In this document: one piece after another, positions 40,947 to 49,503 of the stretch
How positions within the stretch are numbered: the first letter of the stretch is position 1
Layout of the letters: each line of letters opens with the position of its first letter
Assembly (NCBI GenBank): GCA_031254575.1
Contig: JAIRUE010000039.1
Span: forward strand, 6,793-70,792
Reading direction: 5' to 3'
DNA length: 64,000 bases
DNA from: Oscillospiraceae bacterium
GTDB taxonomy: Bacteria; Bacillota; Clostridia; Oscillospirales; UBA929
Translations under genes and position numbers: made by a program
Notes under the pieces: generated by a model
The model's input: the letters and a program-made list of their open reading frames with translations, nothing else
What the model was told of the DNA's origin: nothing
Databases searched by the model: none

Positions 40947-41079
40947 CACTTAATTATCGAAAATCAATAATTAAATATTGATACTACTGTCCCCTATTAT
41001 AAAACGGACTGTACCGGCATGCCCGCCAGGCCCGCTTATCTTATTCGGAGTACCACAACAGCAATGATGTTATCGGCTT

Positions 41080-41301
41080 TTACCCCGCATGATGGCAGCC
41101 CGCGCCGCAGATATGCCTGTTGGGGCATTCCGGCGCTTTTTGGGAGCCTTTGAGCACCCCCGGAGCGGCTTTGTATACCGTCTGCAAGTCAAGCGACCCG
41201 CAATCGGGACAAGGAATGCGCTTCTCCGCTTTATCCGCCATAGACGCGGAGATGTTGTATTCTTTGCCGCATTTGGGACAGCGCAGGTCATAAAATGGCA
41301 T
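41080..41301 (-). CDS. FmdB-family zinc-ribbon protein
   Basis: MPFYDLRCPKCGKEY..IPCPDCGS (CxxC..CxxC). The ATG at 41301 is preceded by GGAAGGAGA. Confidence 0.8.
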   Translation of the reverse strand: MPFYDLRCPKCGKEYNISASMADKAEKRIPCPDCGSLDLQTVYKAAPGVLKGSQKAPECPNRHICGAGCHHAG

Positions 41302-41332
41302 GTCCGGTTCTCCTTCCAAAAATTATCACACA

Positions 41333-41722
41333 TCAATTTGTTTTTACATAAAACTTCCGGTTTCTCGGCGGGTCGAACTCGCAGAAGTATATCCCCTGCC
41401 ATCTGCCGAGGACGGGCTTGCCGCCCTCTATGATAACCGTTACGCTCGAACCGACGGCACTCGCTTTCAGATGCGCCGCGCTGTTTCCTTCGCCGTGACG
41501 GAATTCGGCGCGGTCGGGAAACGCCTTGTCCAGCCCGATGAGCAGGTCATGCACAACGTCCGGGTCGGCGTTCTCGTTGATCGTGACGCCCGCTGTCGTA
41601 TGAGGGCAGTATACAATGGCAATACCGTCCGTCACACCGCTTCTGGCGACGGCTTCACGGACTTGCGGCGTGACATCGTAGAAGTTTTCGCGGGGCGTGG
41701 ATAACGGGTATTCAAAGAGCAT
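41333..41722 (-). CDS. YjbQ/UPF0047-family protein (secondary thiamine-phosphate synthase-like)
   Basis: ..DGIAIVYCPHTTAGVTINENADPDVVHDL..GNSAAHLKASAVG.. matches YjbQ-family landmarks. Confidence 0.8.
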   Translation of the reverse strand: MLFEYPLSTPRENFYDVTPQVREAVARSGVTDGIAIVYCPHTTAGVTINENADPDVVHDLLIGLDKAFPDRAEFRHGEGNSAAHLKASAVGSSVTVIIEGGKPVLGRWQGIYFCEFDPPRNRKFYVKTN

Positions 41723-41812
41723 TGTCAGATTCTCCTATCATTCATGCCAATCAGCATATCAAAAACTGTGTCCCGCGTCTATAAAAAGTATTTGCGGGGC
41801 GTGGCCGGTGTT

Positions 41813-43735
41813 TCACGATCCCTCGACCATCCATACCCTCATGCCGCCGGACTGACGGTTACTCCAGGCATAGTATGGCACGGCCCGCAGAGTGACCGGT
41901 TCCCCCTCCGGTAAACCGGCGCTGTAAAGGGAATTTGTGCTGGGTATCCGGACGCCTTCCGTTTCTATAAGGTAAACGCCGCTGTTCGCAATGCTGCCGG
42001 GTTTGCAGACAAGGGCGGAACCTCGGGGCAGACGGAGCGCGGCGAGGCCGCCGCCGTTGTCCGTTTCCTCAAAGCAATAGACGACCGGGCCGCGCGTCAA
42101 AGCCACACAGCCCGCGGCGGCGCGCACGTTTGCGTTGGCGTACATACGGACGGGTTCCATCTCCAGATGAACGTCCACCACATCCCCGTTCCGCCATATG
42201 CGGTCAATATATGCATACCCGTCCCGCGGTATTGTTTTCTCCTCTTTTCCGTTTACCGTTACCATCCATCTTCCGCACCAGCCGGGTATATGTACGGCGA
42301 AGAAAAAGGAAACGTTTTCATTTTTAGGACGGACAGTATAACGGACATCTCCTTTCCACGGGTATCCGGACTCGCAGTCCACGGTTATGCCGCCCGCCTT
42401 GGAAAACCGCGCCTGACCGCCCAGATAGATGTGGGCATATATACCTTTTTCACTTTCACCCCAGGCATACTGCCCCAATGAGGCGATCAGCCTTGCCAGG
42501 TTAGGCGGGCAGCAGGCGCAGCCGTACCATTCCGGCCTTCGCGGCAGCGCGTGCCTGTATTCCGGCAATACGCCCGACACATTTGGTACGGTTTCGAGCG
42601 GGTTGACATAGAAAAACCGTTTGCCATCCATCTGCATACCGCTCAATATGCCATTGTACAGTTCCTTTTCCAGAATGTCGGCATATTCGCCCTTCGGACA
42701 CAGCTCCAGCATCCGCCGGGCAAAGAACGCCATACCGATAGAGGCGCAGGTTTCGGCGTAAGCAAGGTCGTTCGGCAATTCGTAATCGGAAGAAAACGCC
42801 TCGCCGTGGACGGTGGAACCGACACCGCCGGTGATATACATACGGCGGTCAACAATGCTGCGCCACAGGTTTCCGCAAGCATCCGCCAGTTCCCTGTCTT
42901 CTGTCAAGGCGGCCAGTTCCGCCATAGCCGTAACCATATAGACCGCCCGGACGCTGTGCCCTGCGGCGTCCTTTTGCTCTCTTACCGGCAGATGGCGCTG
43001 ATTATAGGAAGGCTCCTGCTCCCGCGACCAGTGGAACCAGCCCCGGTTTTTGATTTCCCCGGAAAGGACCTCGGGGGTTCGTCCCCGCTCGTTGATAAAA
43101 TACAGGGCGGTGTCCAGATACCGTTTTTCGCCTGTCGCCTCATACATCCGCAGAAGCCCCAACTCCACTTCCTGATGCCCCGGCACGCCCCGCACCTGTC
43201 CTTCGCCCGTGCCGAAGCGGGCGCAGATCAGATCGGCGTTTTTGCGCATGACCGACAGAAAACGGTCTTTCCCTGTCGCCTGCCTATAGGCAACCGCCGC
43301 CTCCATCATATGCCCGGCGCAATACAGCTCGTGGCACTCGGCAAGGTTTTGCCATTTATGTCCGGGTTCCTTCAGGGTGAAGTAGGTGTTCAGGTATCCG
43401 TCCGGCTCCTGCGCCTGTTCTATCAGCGCAATTAACCCGTCCGCTTTTTCCTCCAGCGCCGCGTCTTCCTTCAGAGCCAGGGCGTACGCCGCCGCTTCCA
43501 GCCATTTGGCCAGATCGCTGTCCTGAAAGACCATGCCGCGGAACTCCCCCTCCGCTTTTCCGGCGGCGACGCGGAAATTCTCTATGGCGTGGCTTTTGTC
43601 CATACCCTCAACCTTATCATCCATAACATCATATTGATATGGGATCACGGTCTCCATGACCAACTGCTGAACAGGCGACCAGAAACCGTCGCGTATCGTA
43701 ACGGCTTTGATATTCAGGGTTTCCTGCGTTTTCAT
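41813..43735 (-). CDS. Glycoside hydrolase family 127 (beta-L-arabinofuranosidase, HypBA1-like), cytoplasmic
   Basis: DGFWSPVQQLV.., HELYCAGHMMEAAVAY, AYAETCASIGM and WYGCACCPPNLARL (the CC codons are at 42509-42514). No signal peptide. I prefer the ATG at 43735 over the GTG at 43744 on RBS spacing. Confidence 0.85.
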   Translation of the reverse strand: MKTQETLNIKAVTIRDGFWSPVQQLVMETVIPYQYDVMDDKVEGMDKSHAIENFRVAAGKAEGEFRGMVFQDSDLAKWLEAAAYALALKEDAALEEKADGLIALIEQAQEPDGYLNTYFTLKEPGHKWQNLAECHELYCAGHMMEAAVAYRQATGKDRFLSVMRKNADLICARFGTGEGQVRGVPGHQEVELGLLRMYEATGEKRYLDTALYFINERGRTPEVLSGEIKNRGWFHWSREQEPSYNQRHLPVREQKDAAGHSVRAVYMVTAMAELAALTEDRELADACGNLWRSIVDRRMYITGGVGSTVHGEAFSSDYELPNDLAYAETCASIGMAFFARRMLELCPKGEYADILEKELYNGILSGMQMDGKRFFYVNPLETVPNVSGVLPEYRHALPRRPEWYGCACCPPNLARLIASLGQYAWGESEKGIYAHIYLGGQARFSKAGGITVDCESGYPWKGDVRYTVRPKNENVSFFFAVHIPGWCGRWMVTVNGKEEKTIPRDGYAYIDRIWRNGDVVDVHLEMEPVRMYANANVRAAAGCVALTRGPVVYCFEETDNGGGLAALRLPRGSALVCKPGSIANSGVYLIETEGVRIPSTNSLYSAGLPEGEPVTLRAVPYYAWSNRQSGGMRVWMVEGS

Positions 43736-44098
43736 CCCTGTCACTTCCCTTCCGATGGTAGCGAGTTTCGCCCGCGCATAGTCCCACCGGGCCTGCGGCG
43801 GGACATAAAAGACGTTTTCGGCGACGGGTCGTCGGGATTCGCCCCAGCATAATCATCCTCTTGTATGTCGGTGTCTGGGACACATTATACAATAGATTGC
43901 GTAAACCTGCAAGCGCGAAAGCGGTCCCGCACTTGCGGAACCGCTTTCCCATTCTAAATGATTAGTCGTAAATCAACTCGCCGCGAATAATCTCATCGGC
44001 ACAAACGGCGATATTGTTCATTCTGCCAACCCACAGCATTTTTGTATAAGTATGATTGGGAAGATATCAGTTCCATAAAAGCCCGCGCAAAATTCCTA

Positions 44099-44107
44099 TG
44101 GTAGAAT
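44099..44107 (+). promoter_or_regulatory. Extended -10 promoter candidate for the giant-protein operon
   Basis: TGgTAGAAT in an AT-rich 445-nt intergenic region. No good -35. Confidence 0.3.
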
Positions 44108-44189
44108 CATACTAATCGAGACTGTCAAAGAGGCTTCTTTTTGTAGGTTTCGTCCAGAACAACAATCAAAATAAAAGGAGAGATATGTC

Positions 44190-47100
44190 ATGAGGAACAG
44201 AGCCTTCAAGAGACCGGTGAGTCTGGCGCTGAGTTGCTTTATGGCGGTCGGGCTGTTTTTCGTCACGACGGAGCCGGAGGTGATGCGGGCGTACGCCAGC
44301 GGCACGCCAAGCCCCGACGACTATAATTCGCTCCTATACGAAATGAGGTTCGCGCCGGGCGCGGAGCTTACCCCCGAATACGCCGCGTGGAAGCAATCCG
44401 GCGAGGCGGCGCAGGACGACTCCACATGCCTGCAGCTTGAAGACGGCGGCAAAGCCGAATCCAAACCCCTGACGGTCGGGAGCGGGATGGGCGTTGTTGT
44501 GGACTTCCAGTATAAACCTACCGGTTCCTCCAACAGCGCCATCACGCTGAAAGGCTCCGGCAGCGCGGAATATGTACTTACGGTTCGAAACACGGGATTT
44601 ACCGTGACAGGAGGCGGGCAGCCGGGCGGTTTTGCCACCGCGTTTGCTCCGGGCGGCGACGGTTTTTCACCGAAATTCACCGCCGAATTTATTATAAGCG
44701 GAGGACAGGTCACAGCCGAGATATTCAACGCCTCCGGAGACAGCATAGGCAAAACGGGCAATTATCCTTTCCCGGACGGTACTTTGAACGTAATCCTCGC
44801 GGAAAACGGCGGGAGCTCCCGCTACACCTTTCTTGACGCGTTCGGAACAGCCGGCACAAGGGTGTTGGCGGATATAGATTTTTCAAACGAGGGAGAAACA
44901 AACCTGACGGACGCGGGCTGGAGTTTTAACGGAGGCGGCACCGAAAGAGGCTTCAATTACTCGGGCAAACCGTTGGGGCTTTACCTTACCGCCCCCACAT
45001 CAGGCGGCGGCGGCAGCGCCCTATCCCCCAAGTATGACGCCAGGCACGGCCTGACCATAGAGACGACGTTTCAAGTTGCGGACGTACCCGGCAACCGCGG
45101 AGCCAACTTCAGATTGATCGGTCCCACCAAAGGGGGGAACTGGAATGAACCTTTCCTTGTCGTATTATCTAAAAACGGCACGGGCGGCTGGATTACATTC
45201 AGAACGGAACCGGGCGTTAACCAAGGTGAAATACAAAGCCCCGCTACCAATAATATGACCTATACCGGCAATACCTTTTTACCGGCGTTAAAAGCGGTGA
45301 TCACGGTTGACGGCGGAGGGGCGAAGGTCAATGTGACCAATGCCCCTAATTCATTTAACTGGAACGCGAATAACGGAAACGCGTTTTCTTTGCCCGCGTC
45401 CGACCTCGGCCAGCTTCAATTTACGATGTGTGAGGTCGACGGCTGCGGGGCGCAGACCGTCTGGCAGACCTTTAAGGTGACGCAGAACCGGGGCGCAAGC
45501 GCCCTGCTGAGCGCGTTCAAAAACAAAACCGCTACGACCGGGACCGAAGGATGGGCGCTGACCGGAGCCGCCGATGTAAAACCGGTAGACCCGGCAGGCA
45601 CACATTTTCTGCAAAACGGGCTTCATCTGACAGGCGCCCAACGGGCGGTATCCCCCGCGTTAAAAAGTATCCTCCCCACGGACGCGCTGAAAGACGGCGC
45701 CAAGGTCGTCGTGGAATTTGACTATATCCCCGCACCGGGGGATGTGATGACGTCGCAGGTCGCGCTGCGGAACGCGGCCGGCACGAACGACGCTTATTAC
45801 AGCAGTTCAACCTGGAAAGGTAACTCTCTGGACTCAAACGGGTTTAAGAGCGTTGTGAACGGAGGCAGCTTCCAAACGCTGCCGCATGACTCCAAAGTAC
45901 CCGGCGGCGGCGACCATTATTACAACCACGGCGTCAATCCGGCCCCAGGTGATTTCTCAAAGAAATACAGGGTGGAATTAACGGTCATCGGAGGCTATTA
46001 CTATTACGTTATGTATGATGAAAACGGAAACGTCTTCTGGGACAGGAACAATGACCCCTACACTCTGAACGGCCTCGACGTCGGCGACATGGTCGTGTGC
46101 CTTGAGGAGACGGGAAACGGCGGCCAGTCGAGGGTTACCCTCGTTCAGGTCTACGGCCTGCCGGAACACAGGCATGATGAGTGGCAGCCGGTGTTTCTGG
46201 ATCTCTTCTCCGGCTCCGCTTTGGACGCAAACAGGTGGACCGGCGCGGCGGCTGTCGGCGGCGGCGGGCTTACGCTCGCGGCCGGGCAAAAGATCCTGTC
46301 AAACATGACGTTCAACGCCCAGGACAACCTGCGGATCGTGTTTGACCTGGCTTTGCCCGCGTCCGCGCAGGGCAAGATCGGACTTATCACCGAGGGGCTC
46401 GCGAACGATCTTTTCGCGGGCCTGAACACGGGAGATTTTGTGGCGTCGGCAAGCTCTTCGGTCACGATCGGAACAGACAGACTGTTTGCGTGGAACAAAA
46501 CGGTCAATGTCAGGATCGACATTGTCAACGGAACCGCGACCGCCGCCGTCTTTACTCCCGGCGGATTGCAGCTGTGGAGTTCCGAGGCAGTCTCCGCCGG
46601 CGCGAACAGCAACGTGAAAATCGGCTTTGAGGCTCTGTCCGGCACAAATACCGCGAAATTCAGCAACCTCATCGTGTATTCCGGCGCGGCGGGCGCGGAG
46701 CAGGATTACGATTGGTATGAGCTGTATAAGAACTTTACAACCGTTTTGGAATCCCCCACTACCAATAACGTGACAAACCTCACAACCGATATGAACACAA
46801 CCGCCGCCGCCGCCGGCCGGCTTTCATGGAATAAAAACGGCTTGTCTAACGCCTCCATTTCCACCAGAGGCGAAACCATCGGCACCACGCTGGGACGGCT
46901 CGGCAAGTTTTACGGCGACGCGTGGCTGCGGATTGAAAACAGCCAGTGGATCATGTCGCGGGAGAACCTGACAGTCGCCGATAATCTGCTGATCATGTAC
47001 GACTTCATACCGGACGGCGCGGAGAGCAGCCAGGAAGCGCCGGGCTTTGTCGCGGAGAACGCGGCCAATGGCAACCGGGTGCTGTACGCGGGCATCGTAC

Positions 47101-49487
47101 ATCCGGGCTTCGCGGTCAGGCCCGGCGGCGGCATCGCCCCCTATTCCATACCGGATGGGAAACCGGCGACCAGCAGCTATTCAAGGACCCGCGACGGAAC
47201 GCCCGGACTGCATAACGGCTGGGTCGTCACGGTCCAGATAGAGATCGTCTTCAACATAGCCACCGTCAGGCTCATCGGCAACGGCGGCACGCTTCTGTGG
47301 GAATCCGGCAAGGTGCCGGTCACCGCGGACACGATCAGGATAGGCTTTAATAACGCCGATAATACGGGGTCTTCCTATTTCAACAACCTGAGGGTGTATA
47401 CGGGTAAAGTAACCGCCGGGAAGGGTCCGTATAATCTTAAACCCGGCAGGGTCGAAGACCCCATCGCCATTCCCTCGGACCCGTTTGACTGGGACGCCGT
47501 ATACGATTATTTAGACGAAATAGACGCCGCGCAGAGTAGCCAGAAGTCACTGCTGGCGTCCGGCGGCACACATTACTCCGACACCATACCCGATACGGTG
47601 GACCTCGCGGCGATGGCCGCCCGCTTCTCGGTGGGGCTGACCAATATGCTGATACTGCCGAATTCAGACGGCGGGGAAGCGAACGAAGGAAACGCGGTAT
47701 CGACATCAAACGGCACCAAAGTCAGGCTGTATATGCCCTATGGGATCGGTAACTTCACTCTCAACGGCGGCGGCGGTTTCACCAACTCCTACATAGGCGG
47801 AAGCGCCGGCTGCTGGCCCAAGGATCTGGAAGCCATCGTGCTGATGAGGAATATAGCCGGTGATTTCGGCACCTGGGGCGGCTTCACGTCAGCCGACGAC
47901 ACGAGACACAGGGATAACCTGACCCTCAAGGCGATATTGGAATACTCCCTGGAGGAAGAGATGGACCTTCTGCGCAGGGCCGACGGTTCGATGAACCGGA
48001 TACAGCTCGCGCTGACCAGTATCTATCAAGTCAATCCCTCGGCGGAGCTGAAAGACCTGCTCGATGAAATAAGCATCGCGATGCGGAAGAACGCGGTCGA
48101 GGAGTACGACTACGCTTACGCTTACCCGGACTGGAACCACACCGTGAACTACAGGGGTTATGAGAGCAACTCCTTTACTATGTTCGTCAACGGAGGCATG
48201 GCCCGTTCCCTGACACGGTGGTCTTCCAACGGCAATAACGGGTACGCAGACGGCCTGGACCTCGCCGGTAAACTGGCGAGAAGCGTTTTGCTGCCCCAGT
48301 TCTGGAAGCCGGATTTCACCGCCGATTGGAGAAACACCACCGCGCAGCGCAAGGCTGTGGACGAACAGCACAACGCGATCTACGACGGTCATTTCCATCA
48401 GTATTTCGTAGCGGCCACGGGCCTGCTGCGCTACGCGGAGGAGACACACGATATCCGGATGATGGAATATGTCCGGGATCTTTATGAATACTCCAAGAGC
48501 TTCGGGCTTTCCAACATCGGCCTGTACGGCGAGGGCTGCGGCCTGGGCGACATGCTCCTGCTGGCCACCCAGCTCACCAGGAACGGCGTGGCCGACTACT
48601 GGGACGATATAGACCGCTATATCCGCAACATGGTGGTGGAAGCCCAGATCGACGCCGCGAGACTGCAGGCTTCCGTGAACGCCAGAAGCGCAGCCTCTGC
48701 CCAGTCCGAATTCACTAGTACCGCCACTTACAGCAACGGCGTTTGGGGCCCAAGAACCAGCGGAAGCGTCAGTCCTGTCGTGCAGAGGGCGGACGGCCTT
48801 GTGTGGGGCGGCATAACCTACCCGACGCATCTCCCGCAGCACAACATGGAGTGGATCGCCTGCTGCCCGGGTAACTTCCCGCAGGGCATGTACTACGCGT
48901 GGTCCTCCATCGTCACCGAGGAGAACGGCGTCGTATCGGTCAATCTGCCGCTGAACAGGGCGTCGGAGTGGCTGGATGTCGACAGCTACATCCCCTACGA
49001 GGGCAAGGTGGTGCTTAAAAACAAGACGGCCCCGACGGTGGCGTTCCGCGTACCCGACTATGTAAATGACCGCTTTTTAGTGACGGCCAAAGTCAACGGC
49101 GCCGAAAAAGCGATCAAATGGACCGGTTCCTATATCTACATAGACGGACTCAGCAACTCCGACGTGATCACCATAGAATTCCCGCTGGAACAGTGGACGG
49201 AGACCCGCACGCTGATGTGGGCCAGGGACGACCAGCGCAAGGAAGCCACCGACCCGGGGTGGAAGAATACCAATAATACTGGCCTCTGGTCGAACAGCAA
49301 CCCCGATTCGTTCACGTTCACATTCGTGGGCAACACCGTAATCGACGTCGCCGGGGGAATTGCCGCCAATGCGAGTGACTACAGGTTCTTCCAGCGGGAT
49401 ACCATGAAAGCCGCCGTTAACAGTCATGCCTCCGCGCCGATGAAGACGGTAACCCGGTTTGTGCCGAACACCATCATCACATGGTGA
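44190..49487 (+). CDS. Giant secreted protein 1 (1765 aa): signal peptide, five divergent beta-sandwich (LamG/ConA-like) modules, GH127-like core
   Basis: RBS AAGGAGAG. Signal peptide ..CFMAVGLFFVTTEPEVMRAYA. Five modules of about 180-230 aa, each ending in a recurring strand pattern. The C-terminal 670 aa carry EGC (48531-48539) and ACCPGN (CC at 48861-48866) plus a beta-sandwich resembling the neighbouring GH127. Confidence 0.8.
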   Translation: MRNRAFKRPVSLALSCFMAVGLFFVTTEPEVMRAYASGTPSPDDYNSLLYEMRFAPGAELTPEYAAWKQSGEAAQDDSTCLQLEDGGKAESKPLTVGSGMGVVVDFQYKPTGSSNSAITLKGSGSAEYVLTVRNTGFTVTGGGQPGGFATAFAPGGDGFSPKFTAEFIISGGQVTAEIFNASGDSIGKTGNYPFPDGTLNVILAENGGSSRYTFLDAFGTAGTRVLADIDFSNEGETNLTDAGWSFNGGGTERGFNYSGKPLGLYLTAPTSGGGGSALSPKYDARHGLTIETTFQVADVPGNRGANFRLIGPTKGGNWNEPFLVVLSKNGTGGWITFRTEPGVNQGEIQSPATNNMTYTGNTFLPALKAVITVDGGGAKVNVTNAPNSFNWNANNGNAFSLPASDLGQLQFTMCEVDGCGAQTVWQTFKVTQNRGASALLSAFKNKTATTGTEGWALTGAADVKPVDPAGTHFLQNGLHLTGAQRAVSPALKSILPTDALKDGAKVVVEFDYIPAPGDVMTSQVALRNAAGTNDAYYSSSTWKGNSLDSNGFKSVVNGGSFQTLPHDSKVPGGGDHYYNHGVNPAPGDFSKKYRVELTVIGGYYYYVMYDENGNVFWDRNNDPYTLNGLDVGDMVVCLEETGNGGQSRVTLVQVYGLPEHRHDEWQPVFLDLFSGSALDANRWTGAAAVGGGGLTLAAGQKILSNMTFNAQDNLRIVFDLALPASAQGKIGLITEGLANDLFAGLNTGDFVASASSSVTIGTDRLFAWNKTVNVRIDIVNGTATAAVFTPGGLQLWSSEAVSAGANSNVKIGFEALSGTNTAKFSNLIVYSGAAGAEQDYDWYELYKNFTTVLESPTTNNVTNLTTDMNTTAAAAGRLSWNKNGLSNASISTRGETIGTTLGRLGKFYGDAWLRIENSQWIMSRENLTVADNLLIMYDFIPDGAESSQEAPGFVAENAANGNRVLYAGIVHPGFAVRPGGGIAPYSIPDGKPATSSYSRTRDGTPGLHNGWVVTVQIEIVFNIATVRLIGNGGTLLWESGKVPVTADTIRIGFNNADNTGSSYFNNLRVYTGKVTAGKGPYNLKPGRVEDPIAIPSDPFDWDAVYDYLDEIDAAQSSQKSLLASGGTHYSDTIPDTVDLAAMAARFSVGLTNMLILPNSDGGEANEGNAVSTSNGTKVRLYMPYGIGNFTLNGGGGFTNSYIGGSAGCWPKDLEAIVLMRNIAGDFGTWGGFTSADDTRHRDNLTLKAILEYSLEEEMDLLRRADGSMNRIQLALTSIYQVNPSAELKDLLDEISIAMRKNAVEEYDYAYAYPDWNHTVNYRGYESNSFTMFVNGGMARSLTRWSSNGNNGYADGLDLAGKLARSVLLPQFWKPDFTADWRNTTAQRKAVDEQHNAIYDGHFHQYFVAATGLLRYAEETHDIRMMEYVRDLYEYSKSFGLSNIGLYGEGCGLGDMLLLATQLTRNGVADYWDDIDRYIRNMVVEAQIDAARLQASVNARSAASAQSEFTSTATYSNGVWGPRTSGSVSPVVQRADGLVWGGITYPTHLPQHNMEWIACCPGNFPQGMYYAWSSIVTEENGVVSVNLPLNRASEWLDVDSYIPYEGKVVLKNKTAPTVAFRVPDYVNDRFLVTAKVNGAEKAIKWTGSYIYIDGLSNSDVITIEFPLEQWTETRTLMWARDDQRKEATDPGWKNTNNTGLWSNSNPDSFTFTFVGNTVIDVAGGIAANASDYRFFQRDTMKAAVNSHASAPMKTVTRFVPNTIITW

Positions 49488-49503
49488 GGCCGGAGGAACA
49501 GAG

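Noticed and set aside
42551-43435. 294-aa plus-strand ORF opposite the GH127 gene, and 317-aa minus-strand ORF (47889-48842) opposite giant protein 1
   Set aside because: The opposite strands carry the conserved GH127-type motifs. These are GC-driven open frames without starts or RBSs in sensible context.
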